From the NCBI GenBank assembly GCA_031411295.1, contig JANOAV010000024.1:1-59644 (forward strand): 59,644 bases of DNA, given 5' to 3'. The notes beneath the pieces were generated by a model, which did not search any database, was not told where the DNA came from, and saw only the letters and a list, made by a program, of their open reading frames with translations. Made by a program: the position numbers and the translations under genes. Below, in pieces: positions 10,341-20,967 of the stretch (its first letter is position 1; each line of letters opens with the position of its first letter). Source of the DNA: Verrucomicrobiales bacterium. Lineage in GTDB: Bacteria > Verrucomicrobiota > Verrucomicrobiia > Verrucomicrobiales > V1-33.

Positions 10341-13015
10341 ATTCCGTGGAGTTTAAGAGGGACCAACAAACGCTGTGGAGCCCCCGCGCAGCCGCGGCCG
10401 AGGTGGCGGCCGTCATTTCCTCCGCTGTGGGAATTCGCCCCAAGGCCAATTGGTAAGCGTGACTAAGGGCGGTGGAGAGGTCCGGCCCGGCTGCTTTCAT
10501 GGCACGCTCCGCCAAACGATTTGCCTGACGCTGCACGAACGGATTGTTCATCAGTTCCAGCGCTTGCAGCGGAGTGGTGGTCACGCCACGACGGGGTGTT
10601 TTGACGCTGGGATCGGGACAATCGAACGTGTCCAACAGCGGGTCTTTGGCGCTGTTAATGTTGATTCGATACACCGTGCGACGATTGAACTCAGGCTCCG
10701 GGTGGTCAGCCAAATGATAGAATGCGGCGTTGAATTCCGTGATCGTGAAGGGGCGGAAGCTTGGTCCGCCCATTTGCAAATTCAGCTCACCACTCACTGC
10801 CAGCATGGCATCCCGCACGGCCTCGGCTTCCAGTCGTCGGGGCGCGTAGCGCCAGAGCCATTGGTTCTCTGCATCCACCGTGGCGGCTTTGGCATGGTGA
10901 GTCGAACTCTGTTTATAAGTGGAAGAATTCACGATCAACCGATGCAGCGCCTTCACACTCCAGCCACTTTCGATTAACTTCCCCGCCAACCAATCGAGCA
11001 ATTCGGGGTGCGTGGGCCGGGCACCGCTAACCCCAAAATCATTTGGCGTGGCCACCAATCCCTGGCCGAAGTGCCAATGCCAAACTCGGTTAGCCATGAC
11101 GCGTGCTGGCAGAGGGTTCTTGGGATCGGCTAGCCAAGCGGCAAATTTCAGCCTGCGAGCGGCCTCGGGCGCCTCTGCTGGCAGACCAAAGTCGGAGGCC
11201 AGGGTCGTTACCACGGACAAGCCCCCCCGGGGTCACAACCTCTGCGGGCGAGGTGACCTCCCCTCGCTTTAACAGCTTCGTGACTGCAGGTTCCACCCGC
11301 GTCCCCACGTAGGAAACGCGAGCCTGCTGCGAGCCCAGTTCCGCGCGTGAGGCTTCAAGACGCTTCAGTTCTGCCAAGGCTGCCGCATGCGCGGCGTGTT
11401 CCGCGGCAGTCAGTTTCGCTAGGAGTTCTGCCAGCGGTGGAGCCCCGCTCCCAGCACGGAAAGACCGCGCAATTTCCTCCGCGCTGAGCGCTCGATCATA
11501 GAGCGCAGCCTGTTGGAGTTCACCCGTGAAGAAGCCATTGCTCGCGCCATGATGCCGCAAGCCTAACAGCACGTGAGCCGTTCCCGCCGGAAACGTTTGC
11601 AGCGGAGCTTTTGGGGTATAAGCCGGGCCTAACGCGGCACCATTGCGATAGAGTTGAATACTGTTATCCGAACGATAAACTATCGCCACCTGCACAAAGC
11701 TGCCGAGCGTTGCGGTCTCCTCTGGCAATGGTTGATCCACCGTGCGCACGAACGAATTACTGCCAGCCATCCAACGTTTCGGCTGGCGCTCGCCAAAGAC
11801 GATCCCATCGAAAACGCCCCCCTCTCCTTCCAACGAAATGACCCCACCTCCACGTTGTTCCAGGCTGCCGAGCGACACCCAGGCTTCCAATGTTTTCTCC
11901 CGAATCTCCTGCGGGAAATTTTCGGTCTGATAATAGGCACCCGATTTGCCTAACTGGAGTCGGTCAGCTTCAAATTTCGCCCCCCCTTTGAGTTCGCCCT
12001 TCATTGGCATGGGGGCTCCGTTGAAGCTCCACCGAGCCAGGGCCACGGGCGGTATTTCCTGGGGCTTGTCAGGATGCTCGTTGGCCAAGCGCTGCGCCCC
12101 CAAGGTTTCTATTTCTGTAATCTGTTGCCGGGCCCGCCCCAAGGACTGATCCAGTTGGGTCAGCGCTTCCTGCTGCTTTTGCTTTTCGGCATCGCCCAAG
12201 ATCGGGCGCTCGCCATGCTTTACCCCGTCGAAGACACATTTTATTCGATAGTAGTCCACCTGCGGAATCGGATCGCTCTTGTGATCATGACAACGCGCAC
12301 AATTTACCGTTAGACCCAGGAACGATTGTCCCACCACACTAACCAGATCCTCCATTTCATCCTCCCGGGCAATGCTACGCTGGGTGACGTTCGCTTGGAT
12401 CGCACCCGCCGCATCCCAGGGCCCGCAGACCAACAGGCTGGGAGCGACTATTCCGTCCTCCGTTACTGGAGCCATCACATCGCCAGCCACTTGCTCCTGC
12501 ATGAAACGATCATACGGCTTGTCCTCGTTGAAACTCTTAATCACATAATCCCGATATCCCCAAGCATTCGGGCGCAGGCGATCATATTCGAATCCATCAC
12601 TCTCCGCGTAACGCGCCACGTCCAGCCAATGACGGCCCCAGCGTTCGCCATATTGCGGGGAGGCAAGCAGGCGCTCAACTAACGTTTCATAAGCCTTGAT
12701 GGAAGCGTCTTCAACGAACGATTTGATCTCCTCAGGGGAAGGCGGCAAACCAATCAAGTCAAAACTCAACCGTCGGATTAACGTGACTCGATCCGCTGCG
12801 GGCGATGGCTCCAGTCCTCGCTCTGCAAGCTTTGCACCGATGAAGGCATCGATCTCGCTAACACCAGCCGCAGGCACCACCGGCAGGCGGATGGGCTGAT
12901 AAGCCCAATGGCTAAGTCCCGCTGGTTTCGCTTGGGTCGGCTCCGCAGCAACCAACTGCGCAGCAAGCCCCCAGCAAAGGAAGCAAAAAGTGGAGCGCAG
13001 AGGGAATGAAGACAT
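10324..13015 (-). pseudogene. DUF1549-LamG-DUF1553 (PSCyt2/PSD1) protein split by one frameshift at ~11222-11228
   Basis: ORF 11090..13015 has DUF1549 (YGERWGRHWLDVARYAES, CARCH) plus a LamG-like domain; ORF 10324..11220 has DUF1553 (RVMANRVWHWHFG, PTHPELLDWLA); removing one G from a G7 run joins them. Confidence 0.85.
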
Positions 13016-13235
13016 AGACCCAGTTGATTACTATGCTTCAGAACCAGCGTCAATTTCCGCAAGTGAGTCCCACGGCACGCGTTGATCGCAGCAATGCAAC
13101 CCGCTTATTAAGCCGCATGGGGCATAAGTCAAGCTCAGCACGCCAAGAGAAACTTGCATCAATCTGAAAGCACATTTTGCCTTTTCAATAAACCGCTCCT
13201 AGACTCTCGCTCCCTCCTTCCCAACAAAATTTCCC

Positions 13236-16200
13236 ATGGATCATGATCGCGCCGTGCAGGCGTTCTTTGCCCGTTTCCCCGAAACCGTTCGTCTCGAAGC
13301 CCAGCGCTTCCGTGACCGGGGGGCCATCAAACAAATTTTCGGAGGACCGGTGTTTATCCAGTCCCGCATCGAGGACGGCTCCGACGTTTACCGGATCACG
13401 CTCAAACTTCGCAACAACGTCTGGGAGTATGAACTCCGTGGCCCTGAGGACGAGCATCCGGCGCTCGTGTGTGCGACGATGATGGAGCGGATTGACCGGG
13501 GCGACGCGCTGCCGGAGTCTCCCAATGAAGTCGAGAACCGCAGCCTGACCGAACGACTGGAAGAATCACTCAGCCGGGAACTAACGCCCGAGGAGGATCG
13601 TTTCGTGGATAAACTGGAGCGTCGTTATAAGAAATACGCGCTCGAAGAAGCGCTCTTCGACACCGACCTCGTGCGCCTGAATCCAAAGTGGCCAGTGGAG
13701 AGCTACGATCCCATCATCCTCTGGCCCGAGCCGCCAGCGGATATCATCGAGTTCTGGAACTACATTGCCAGCGCTTTCGAGAGGAAGAAGCTGATGTATC
13801 CCAAATTCATGGCCTCGCTGACTGATCGTGAAGCCACCCGGGAGAAATTACAATCATGGGAAGAGGAACGCGATGCTGCAGAGTGGGCCGGACGCTTCGA
13901 TGAAGTGCTGGACCAACCCGATTTAGCCCCGGAAACGTGCCATTTGCGCCTCCGCCTAACCACACGCGAAGGTCGTCTGCAAATGCGCGTGGGTGAAGGT
14001 GCATGGGAGCCGATCCCCAACGATCTGGAAGCCCAGCGCTTGGCGCAATCCATTGAGGAAGGCCGCCTCACCTTCGATCCGCTGTCCCGCATGCTGTGGA
14101 AGCTCTGGAGCCCATCAGATGCCTCGGGCGAACCCACTCCGGCTTCCCGTCGGGTCACCACGCCAGGCACGCCGCAAATGATTGGTGAGTTGTTCGCCCA
14201 GACGACCCTGTCTGATTTGATCGTCACTCTGGATGAACTTCCATTTCATCGCGCCACCGAACCGCTCAGTTGGGCTTGCAAACTAACCGAAGCGACCCCG
14301 CAATCACCCTCCGTCTATCAACTGCAGTTGCGTGAGCCAGATGGCGAGCCAGTGCCGTATGATCTCATTTACCTGCCCGGTCCCCCACCCTTTTACTTGT
14401 CGGACGATGGATTGTTCCCCGGACCAGTGGCGTGGACGAACGATTCCGAAGTCTCCCCCCGTGTCGATGTGCCGCGTCGCGTGCTCGAGACTGAGCCGGG
14501 CGTGGAATTCCTGCGTCGGTTAGGCGTGGAACCGCCCGAGGAGCTGCAGGCCATGTCTGTAGAAGTGAACCTGAAGCCACACCTGAATTTCCGCTTGGTA
14601 AAGCGTGGTTCCGCCGACTCCGAAGTGGTCCACGCCGATGTCCATGCCATGGACGACGACCGCACCCGCACCGAGTTGCTGGAGAAGGATCATTGGGCCT
14701 TGGTCGAACGCCAGGACCCAACTCCAGGGCGCCTCACGGTGGTGAATCGAAATCTGCTCAATGGCATTTTGAAACTCATGGATTCTGGCGGATTCCTCTG
14801 GGACAATCCTCAGCAGTGTTTCCGCAGTCGGATTACCAAGACCTTTCCGGAGAAATTTGCCGCTTGGCTGGCTACCGTTCCGCCTCATGCCACCGTCGTG
14901 CTGGACCCAGAACTGGAGTCGCTGCGTGACGATCCTGTCCAAGCCTCCGTGCGCTTTGAATTGGCAGAAGCAACGGAGATCGACTGGTTCGATCTCAAGA
15001 TTCTGGTTGATGTCCAGGGCTTGACCCTAACCAAGGCCCAGATTCGCGATCTCGTGGCCGCCCGCGGCGGATTTGTGCGCATGCCGGATGGGAAATGGAT
15101 GCGCCTGAGCCTCTCCCTAACAGATGACCAACAAGCATCCATCACCCGGTTGGGCTTGGATGTGTATGATCTCTCCGGAGAAACGCATCGCCTCCACGCC
15201 CTGCAATTGGCTGATCCAGGCGCGAAGGAGATCTTCGATGTCCGCGCTTGGGAGCGCATCTGTGAACGTGCCAACAATCTCAAACTGGCGGTCCGACCCG
15301 CCGTGCCAGCCGAGTTGGCCCTCACCCTGCGACCTTACCAAATCGAAGGTTTTCACTTCCTGGCCTACCTGGCCGTCAACAATTTCGGAGGACTGCTGGC
15401 CGATGACATGGGCTTGGGTAAGACCGCGCAGAGCCTAACTTGGTTGCTCTGGCTGCGGAATCGTTTCCGCGATCAGCAAATTGCCGATAGTCCCAAGGCC
15501 GAAATCACCCCGCCACCCATTCATCCGATTCTCGTCGTGGCTCCGAAGTCCGTCTTGGACGTGTGGGCCAATGAATGTAAGAAATTTGCCCCGCACCTCC
15601 GCGTGCAAGTGGTGCGCAGTAAGGACGATCTGAAAACGGAAGTGCTCGGCACCGAGATCGACGTGCTCGTATTGAACTACAGCCAACTCCGCGTCAACGC
15701 AGAGAAAATTAAGAGCGTAACTTGGCTGGCCGCCGTGCTCGACGAAGGCCAGCAAATCAAGAATCCTGACAGCATGGCCGCCAAGGCCGCTCGGGAGTTG
15801 CAGGCTGGGCATCGCTTGGTGCTCTCGGGCACGCCGATTGAAAATCGCTTGCTGGACGTCTGGTCGCTCATGGCCTTTGCGATGCCAGGCGTGCTCGGAA
15901 ATCGGAAATATTTCCGAGACCGCTTCGACCGTCGCAAAGACCCTGAAGCACAGATCCGCCTAAGCGCACGACTCCGTCCCTTCATCCTGCGGCGGACCAA
16001 AGGTCAGGTCGCACTGGATCTGCCACCGCGGACCGAAGAAGAAGTTTACTGCAAAATGGAGGAAGCCCAGGAGGAACTCTACCGTGCCGAACTCCTCAAA
16101 ATGCAACGCCTGGTGCTCGGATTCGATTCCGATGCCGCGGTGCGCAAGAACAGCTTTGCGGTGCTGCAGGGCCTCATGCGCCTGCGTCAGGTTTGCTGTC

Positions 16201-16748
16201 ACCCAAAACTGATCGACGGCCAATCCGACGACGCCAACAGCGCGAAGATGACGGCCTTGTTCTATCTGTTGGATCAACTGCGCGAAGAAGGTCACAAGGT
16301 CCTCGTGTTCAGCCAATTCGTCTCCATGCTGGAGATCATCCAGAACCGTCTGGAAGCCGAGAAGCGCGATTACGTCATCCTCACAGGTCAAAGCAAGGAC
16401 CGTGGTGCGATCGTGGAGAAATTCCAAACCAGCAAGGAACCTACCGTCTTCCTGCTCAGTCTCAAAGCCGGCGGCAGCGGTCTCAACCTAACCGCCGCCA
16501 GCTACGTCATTCTTTACGATCCCTGGTGGAATCCAGCCGCGGAGAACCAAGCCATCGACCGAACCCACCGGATCGGCCAGACCAATCCGGTTATCGCGTA
16601 TCGTTTGCTAGTCAGGGAGACCATCGAAGAGAAAATCCGCATGCTCCAGCAGCAGAAGCAATTGCTCTTCACGGGAGTCCTGGGCGAAGAAAGCTTCGCG
16701 CAGAACCTCGGCGTGGACGACGTGAAGTATCTCTTCGCCAGCGAGTAG
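13236..16748 (+). CDS. SNF2-family helicase/ATPase
   Basis: LRPYQ, LADDMGLGKT, LDEGQ, LSGTPIEN, SLKAGGSGLNLT, DPWWNP and QAIDRTHRIGQ motifs. Confidence 0.95.
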   Translation: MDHDRAVQAFFARFPETVRLEAQRFRDRGAIKQIFGGPVFIQSRIEDGSDVYRITLKLRNNVWEYELRGPEDEHPALVCATMMERIDRGDALPESPNEVENRSLTERLEESLSRELTPEEDRFVDKLERRYKKYALEEALFDTDLVRLNPKWPVESYDPIILWPEPPADIIEFWNYIASAFERKKLMYPKFMASLTDREATREKLQSWEEERDAAEWAGRFDEVLDQPDLAPETCHLRLRLTTREGRLQMRVGEGAWEPIPNDLEAQRLAQSIEEGRLTFDPLSRMLWKLWSPSDASGEPTPASRRVTTPGTPQMIGELFAQTTLSDLIVTLDELPFHRATEPLSWACKLTEATPQSPSVYQLQLREPDGEPVPYDLIYLPGPPPFYLSDDGLFPGPVAWTNDSEVSPRVDVPRRVLETEPGVEFLRRLGVEPPEELQAMSVEVNLKPHLNFRLVKRGSADSEVVHADVHAMDDDRTRTELLEKDHWALVERQDPTPGRLTVVNRNLLNGILKLMDSGGFLWDNPQQCFRSRITKTFPEKFAAWLATVPPHATVVLDPELESLRDDPVQASVRFELAEATEIDWFDLKILVDVQGLTLTKAQIRDLVAARGGFVRMPDGKWMRLSLSLTDDQQASITRLGLDVYDLSGETHRLHALQLADPGAKEIFDVRAWERICERANNLKLAVRPAVPAELALTLRPYQIEGFHFLAYLAVNNFGGLLADDMGLGKTAQSLTWLLWLRNRFRDQQIADSPKAEITPPPIHPILVVAPKSVLDVWANECKKFAPHLRVQVVRSKDDLKTEVLGTEIDVLVLNYSQLRVNAEKIKSVTWLAAVLDEGQQIKNPDSMAAKAARELQAGHRLVLSGTPIENRLLDVWSLMAFAMPGVLGNRKYFRDRFDRRKDPEAQIRLSARLRPFILRRTKGQVALDLPPRTEEEVYCKMEEAQEELYRAELLKMQRLVLGFDSDAAVRKNSFAVLQGLMRLRQVCCHPKLIDGQSDDANSAKMTALFYLLDQLREEGHKVLVFSQFVSMLEIIQNRLEAEKRDYVILTGQSKDRGAIVEKFQTSKEPTVFLLSLKAGGSGLNLTAASYVILYDPWWNPAAENQAIDRTHRIGQTNPVIAYRLLVRETIEEKIRMLQQQKQLLFTGVLGEESFAQNLGVDDVKYLFASE

Positions 16749-16811
16749 ATTGAACGATCTTTTGTCGTGCTGGTCACAGGATAACTGTAGGAGGTTCATC
16801 CTTAACCAGCT

Positions 16812-17324
16812 ATGGCAGACACTAACACGCCAATAAAACGGAAGCACACCGCACGGGCCATCGTCATTGGTGCTGGCTTGGCGCTCCTCGTAATCACGTT
16901 TCTCTACCTTGCTGATTCTGGGAAAATCAGGGGGCGCAGGATCATCACGTTTTACGAAAAACCCTTCACCATTGGTGTCGAAAAGAAATTCATGGGTTTT
17001 ACTTTAAGCAGGGCGTTGCTGGATTTCCCTATCATCGAGCGCTTCTACCCAGAGCACTCGTGGCGGGTAACGGGCCGGACCTCCGAAGGTTCCTTTCGGG
17101 TAGTCTTCCTTGGCGAATATTCCAGTTGCTCCGAATTCGGCCAACTTAATTTCGACCTAAGCGTGTTTGAAGGCCGTCTAGCGGCAGCCAAAACAATCCC
17201 GCCTGCCGATCAAGTAGATGCCGTCTTGCTAAGTTTTGTGAATGGCTGCTACAAGGATTCACCCGCCGGCAGTTTGGAGGAGTTGTGGGATCTCCCCTCT
17301 TCTAAAAATGAACATGGGCCGTAA
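16812..17324 (+). CDS. Hypothetical membrane-anchored protein
   Basis: 170-aa ATG ORF with one N-terminal hydrophobic segment; fills the gap after the helicase. Confidence 0.6.
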   Translation: MADTNTPIKRKHTARAIVIGAGLALLVITFLYLADSGKIRGRRIITFYEKPFTIGVEKKFMGFTLSRALLDFPIIERFYPEHSWRVTGRTSEGSFRVVFLGEYSSCSEFGQLNFDLSVFEGRLAAAKTIPPADQVDAVLLSFVNGCYKDSPAGSLEELWDLPSSKNEHGP

Positions 17325-17355
17325 GGCGCGCGCCAACTGGGAAAATTTCATTGGC

Positions 17356-17403
17356 ACAAAAACAAACAACCTCACGACACCCTGCGGTAACGTGAGGTTG
17401 TTT
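17356..17403 (-). terminator. Intrinsic terminator hairpin, possibly bidirectional
   Basis: 13-bp stem AAACAACCTCACG/CGTGAGGTTGTTT (17364-17376/17391-17403) with T-rich tails. Confidence 0.7.
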
Positions 17404-17436
17404 TCCCCCCCAAAGTTTTGAAAGAATTTCTTTCTG
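17356..17436 (-). ncRNA. Candidate small RNA (~80 nt)
   Basis: Sigma70-like promoter upstream, terminator at its end, no ORF, G7 tract before the stem. Confidence 0.4.
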
Positions 17437-17441
17437 AGCAG

Positions 17442-17470
17442 AGATTAATCGAAATCTAATTTTCCTGCAA
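17442..17470 (-). promoter_or_regulatory. Sigma70-like promoter TTGCAG-N17-TAATCT
   Basis: Exact 17-bp spacer, AT-rich upstream sequence. Confidence 0.45.
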
Positions 17471-17578
17471 GAATTAAATTAAATTTTTTCATATTGCCTG
17501 CGGCGGATTCTCCGGGATTCTCCGCATCCGCCGATCTACAGGCTTGCTCCCCATGGCTTCGTCCTGTAAATCTCCCCC

Positions 17579-17791
17579 ATGCCCAGCCCCGAAGCTATCT
17601 TTGCCATCATCGTGTTCAGTATCATTGGATTGGCGGCCTTTCGAGCCGGCAAACGCGATGCCGAGTGGAAGCCAATGGTGATCGGCATGGTCCTGATGCT
17701 CTTCCCGTATTTCATCTCCGACGCTCTCTGGCTGTGGGTTATCGGCGGAGCGCTGACGCTGGGATGGTTCATGGCTGCGAGCCCAAAATAA
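17579..17791 (+). CDS. Small integral membrane protein
   Basis: 70 aa with about three hydrophobic segments; upstream of the CCA gene. Confidence 0.7.
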   Translation: MPSPEAIFAIIVFSIIGLAAFRAGKRDAEWKPMVIGMVLMLFPYFISDALWLWVIGGALTLGWFMAASPK

Positions 17792-17844
17792 ACACCGCCG
17801 CTTGACGAGCGATCGGCCTTGCGTTGTAGTAATCTTTTGTCAGG

Positions 17845-19179
17845 ATGCACACTCATACCCCAGACCAGATCCGCCAGGAAGCAACGCGACTCGTGCTTGT
17901 CTTGCGCGCTGCTGGCTATACCGCATTCTTTGCCGGAGGCTGTGTGCGCGACTTTTTACTGGGCAAGAAACCGAAGGATTATGATATCGCCACCGATGCC
18001 ACGCCTGCGCAGGTCGTGAGGTTGTTTCCTCATGCCCAGCAGGTGGGCGCACACTTTGGAGTGGTGGTGGTGCGTTCTCAGGGGGAACATTTTGAAATAG
18101 CCACATTCCGGACGGACGGCAGTTACAGCGACGGTCGGCGGCCGGAATCCGTCGCTTTTTCAACTCCCGATGAAGATGCGCACCGACGCGACTTTACCAT
18201 GAATGGCATCTTCTACGATCCAATTGGCGAACGCGTGATCGATTTCGTGGGGGGCGAGAACGATCTTCGCGCGGGCTTGGTGCGAGCCATTGGGGTGGCG
18301 GAGGATCGTTTTCAGGAAGATTACCTGCGACTGATGCGGGCGGTGCGATTCGCTGCGTCGTTGAGTTTTCAAATTGAACCGCTCACCTGGAAATCCGTCC
18401 AGGCCAATGCCCCCGGCCTGCATAAGATCAGCATTGAGCGGGTGCGGGAAGAGTTCGTGCGCATGATACTCCATCCATCGCGTCTGAGAGGATTCGATTT
18501 GCTAGTGGACAGTGGTCTCATGGCGCAGTTCCTGCCGGAAATTCTCGACCTGAAAGGCTGCGAGCAACCACCGCAATTTCACCCGGAGGGCGATGTCTTT
18601 GTCCACACCCGACTGATGCTTAGTCTGGCTGCTCCTGATGCTTCATTGCCACTGGTCCTGTCGATTCTGCTGCACGACATTGGCAAGCCCGCAACTTTCA
18701 CCGTTGACGAAACTGGTCGCATCCGCTTTAGCGGTCACGACGCAGTGGGAGCCACCATGGCGGAGTCGATTCTTCGGCGGATGAAATTCTCCAACGAGAT
18801 CATCGCTCAGGTGGTGGAGATGGTTGCCTGTCATATGCGCTACATGCATGTGCAAGACATGCGCACCGCCAAGCTGAAACGTTTCATGGCCCGGGAAGTC
18901 TTCCCGGAGGAACTCGAACTCCATCGTATTGATTGCGCAGGCAGTAATGGGCGAACCGATAATTACGACTTTATCCAGGCCAAGCTGGTCGAGTTCAGCA
19001 GCGCCCCAATCATTCCAGAGCGCCTCATTGACGGGCGGGATCTGATGGCGCTTGGCTACCCCAGCGGGCCCCAGTTGGGAGAAATGCTCACCCAAGTGCA
19101 AACGGAGCAGCTTGAGGGCAAACTTACTTCCAAAGCAGAGGCCCTCGCCTGGGTGCAGCAAACTTTCCCCAGAGCTTAG
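17845..19179 (+). CDS. cca: CCA tRNA nucleotidyltransferase / poly(A) polymerase family with HD domain
   Basis: GGCVRD, KDYDIAT, RRDFTMN, EDYLRLMRAVRF, HPEGDV, LHDIGK. Confidence 0.92.
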   Translation: MHTHTPDQIRQEATRLVLVLRAAGYTAFFAGGCVRDFLLGKKPKDYDIATDATPAQVVRLFPHAQQVGAHFGVVVVRSQGEHFEIATFRTDGSYSDGRRPESVAFSTPDEDAHRRDFTMNGIFYDPIGERVIDFVGGENDLRAGLVRAIGVAEDRFQEDYLRLMRAVRFAASLSFQIEPLTWKSVQANAPGLHKISIERVREEFVRMILHPSRLRGFDLLVDSGLMAQFLPEILDLKGCEQPPQFHPEGDVFVHTRLMLSLAAPDASLPLVLSILLHDIGKPATFTVDETGRIRFSGHDAVGATMAESILRRMKFSNEIIAQVVEMVACHMRYMHVQDMRTAKLKRFMAREVFPEELELHRIDCAGSNGRTDNYDFIQAKLVEFSSAPIIPERLIDGRDLMALGYPSGPQLGEMLTQVQTEQLEGKLTSKAEALAWVQQTFPRA

Positions 19180-19184
19180 TTTGC

Positions 19185-19970
19185 TTAGCGTGTCATCCTC
19201 AGGGGCTCCAGGCCATTGGTCCAGTATTCCATAAACGACATCTTGGTCTCGGGCAGAAAGGTATCGCTCTGGCCCAGAATCGGCCGCAGGGTGGAAGTCA
19301 TTTGGAATGTCACAAGCATGAAGATCGCCCCCCACGCCAACAGGGCCCCCTTACTGTGGGCACCCATGCGATCCGCCAGATTCAGAAGCAGGCGCAAGCC
19401 GAAGGCACACGACAAGATCCAAAACACCAGGCCAAGTCCGCCCATGAAGCCAACTTCCGACGAACTCTGCGCGAACACCCAGACGACTGGGGCAAATCCG
19501 ACTAACAGCAACCCGACCAAGGACATCGACAACAGCAGCAGTGAACCCAATTTGGCGATCGAACAATCCGTCCCACTGAGCAGGGAAAAGATCACCAAAC
19601 TCGGCAGACAAATCAGCCCGCTGGCGAGCGTGCCCAGCACGACCTTGGCGGGGGCCGCCCATAGTTGAACCCCGCCACTGAACGTCCCCAGCAGAAAACC
19701 AAAGATCGCTAGGCATACGATGGTGCAGGCGAGCAATTTCAGCGCCAAAGCGGCACTGCCTTCTGTAGTCAGTTGATGAAGAATGCGCCCCGGGGCTCGG
19801 AGCAGCGCAGCCAGAGCATTGAGTGTCGTGGCAGGTTCAGTCATTGGCTCGATCTCGAATGGATCGGTGCGCTTCGGGATGGTGCGCACGGCCGGAGGAG
19901 TGGTCGCTGGCCAGGGATTTGTCGGCACATTTGGCAGCGCAGGAGGTGGGGTGTTTGGATCAGGGTTCAT
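19185..19970 (-). CDS. Multi-pass membrane protein
   Basis: About five TM segments, C-terminal TLRP motif; 4-bp overlap with upstream gene. Confidence 0.8.
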   Translation of the reverse strand: MNPDPNTPPPALPNVPTNPWPATTPPAVRTIPKRTDPFEIEPMTEPATTLNALAALLRAPGRILHQLTTEGSAALALKLLACTIVCLAIFGFLLGTFSGGVQLWAAPAKVVLGTLASGLICLPSLVIFSLLSGTDCSIAKLGSLLLLSMSLVGLLLVGFAPVVWVFAQSSSEVGFMGGLGLVFWILSCAFGLRLLLNLADRMGAHSKGALLAWGAIFMLVTFQMTSTLRPILGQSDTFLPETKMSFMEYWTNGLEPLRMTR

Positions 19971-20689
19971 AGGTTTGGATTTTGGTTAGCATACTTTCTG
20001 AGACAAAGTAAAAAGATGAGAAGACCGCCTGCCAGCGCCATCAAGACGCCCGAAGTGCCAAGGAAACTTCGGCTCATGATCCACACCGTGGAGTAGAAAT
20101 TTCCGGCAAAGGCATCGGGGCGGAGAAATTGAATTTCCAAATTCGGCTGGCCGAAAAACGGGCGCAGGAGATAGGAAAACTGAGCCCCCACAAAGAGATT
20201 GCCGAGCAACCAAGCGAACAACACTTGCAGGGCGACACCTCCCTCCCGGAGCAACAATCGCAGCCCGTTGAGCAGTTGCAAATTAGCCACAATCCCAGCG
20301 GTGGCCATGACCAAGACATGCACCAGAAGGACCACGGCATGGGCTCTGCCAGCATCTCCGTGGCCGGTTGCACTCAAGGTGAAATAAGCCGCCACGGGTG
20401 ACAGCGACCCCACGATCAAAGCAAACAAAGCAAAACTCCGCAAGATGGCCGACCAGGTCTGGCGGAAACTTAAGCCGCTGCCCAGCACCTGCGCCAGGAT
20501 CCCATTCAGGATGGCGTTGATGGTCAACGTTAGGAATATCAGCAATGGCAACTTGATGGCAACGTAGCATCCCATCAGCGGTCCCCGCCCCATGCCGAGC
20601 GTATAACCATACGCCGCGCACCCGAGGACGATCCAGACCACCGAGGCCCGGCGGAATCCGCCCGGTGGCGTTTCCAGAGCCTGCGCCAT
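19967..20689 (-). CDS. Multi-pass membrane protein, probable paralogue of downstream gene
   Basis: About five TM segments, YLLRPFFG motif; ATG (MAQALET) chosen over the GTG at 20764. Confidence 0.75.
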   Translation of the reverse strand: MAQALETPPGGFRRASVVWIVLGCAAYGYTLGMGRGPLMGCYVAIKLPLLIFLTLTINAILNGILAQVLGSGLSFRQTWSAILRSFALFALIVGSLSPVAAYFTLSATGHGDAGRAHAVVLLVHVLVMATAGIVANLQLLNGLRLLLREGGVALQVLFAWLLGNLFVGAQFSYLLRPFFGQPNLEIQFLRPDAFAGNFYSTVWIMSRSFLGTSGVLMALAGGLLIFLLCLRKYANQNPNL

Positions 20690-20772
20690 CACCGGCGGGC
20701 GGGAACGACATAATTGATAAAAACTGGACAGGAGAGAAATCACGATGTTTATACTTTGCGCCACAAAGTGTA

Positions 20773-20862
20773 GATGTCAAGATGCGGAGGAAAATTATTT
20801 TCGACCGCGTCGATTTCCTCCACTTAGGTTACAGATTACGTCACCATGAAGCCTCGTCTTTC
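20773..20862 (+). repeat. Direct-repeat copy 1 of leader plus first codons (copy 2 at 21582..21664)
   Basis: TCAAGATGCGGAGGAAAATTATTTTCGAC.GCGTCGATTTCCTCC...TAGGTTAC...ATGAAGCCTC.TCTTTC is shared. Confidence 0.9.
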
Positions 20863-20967
20863 CGCTTAGTGAAAAATCGCCAACCGTTGGCAAGTTTATC
20901 GAGATAGGCTGCTGAGTTTACCCAATTTTGAACTTGTGTGCCAGGCGGATTTCGATAAATAATAGCA

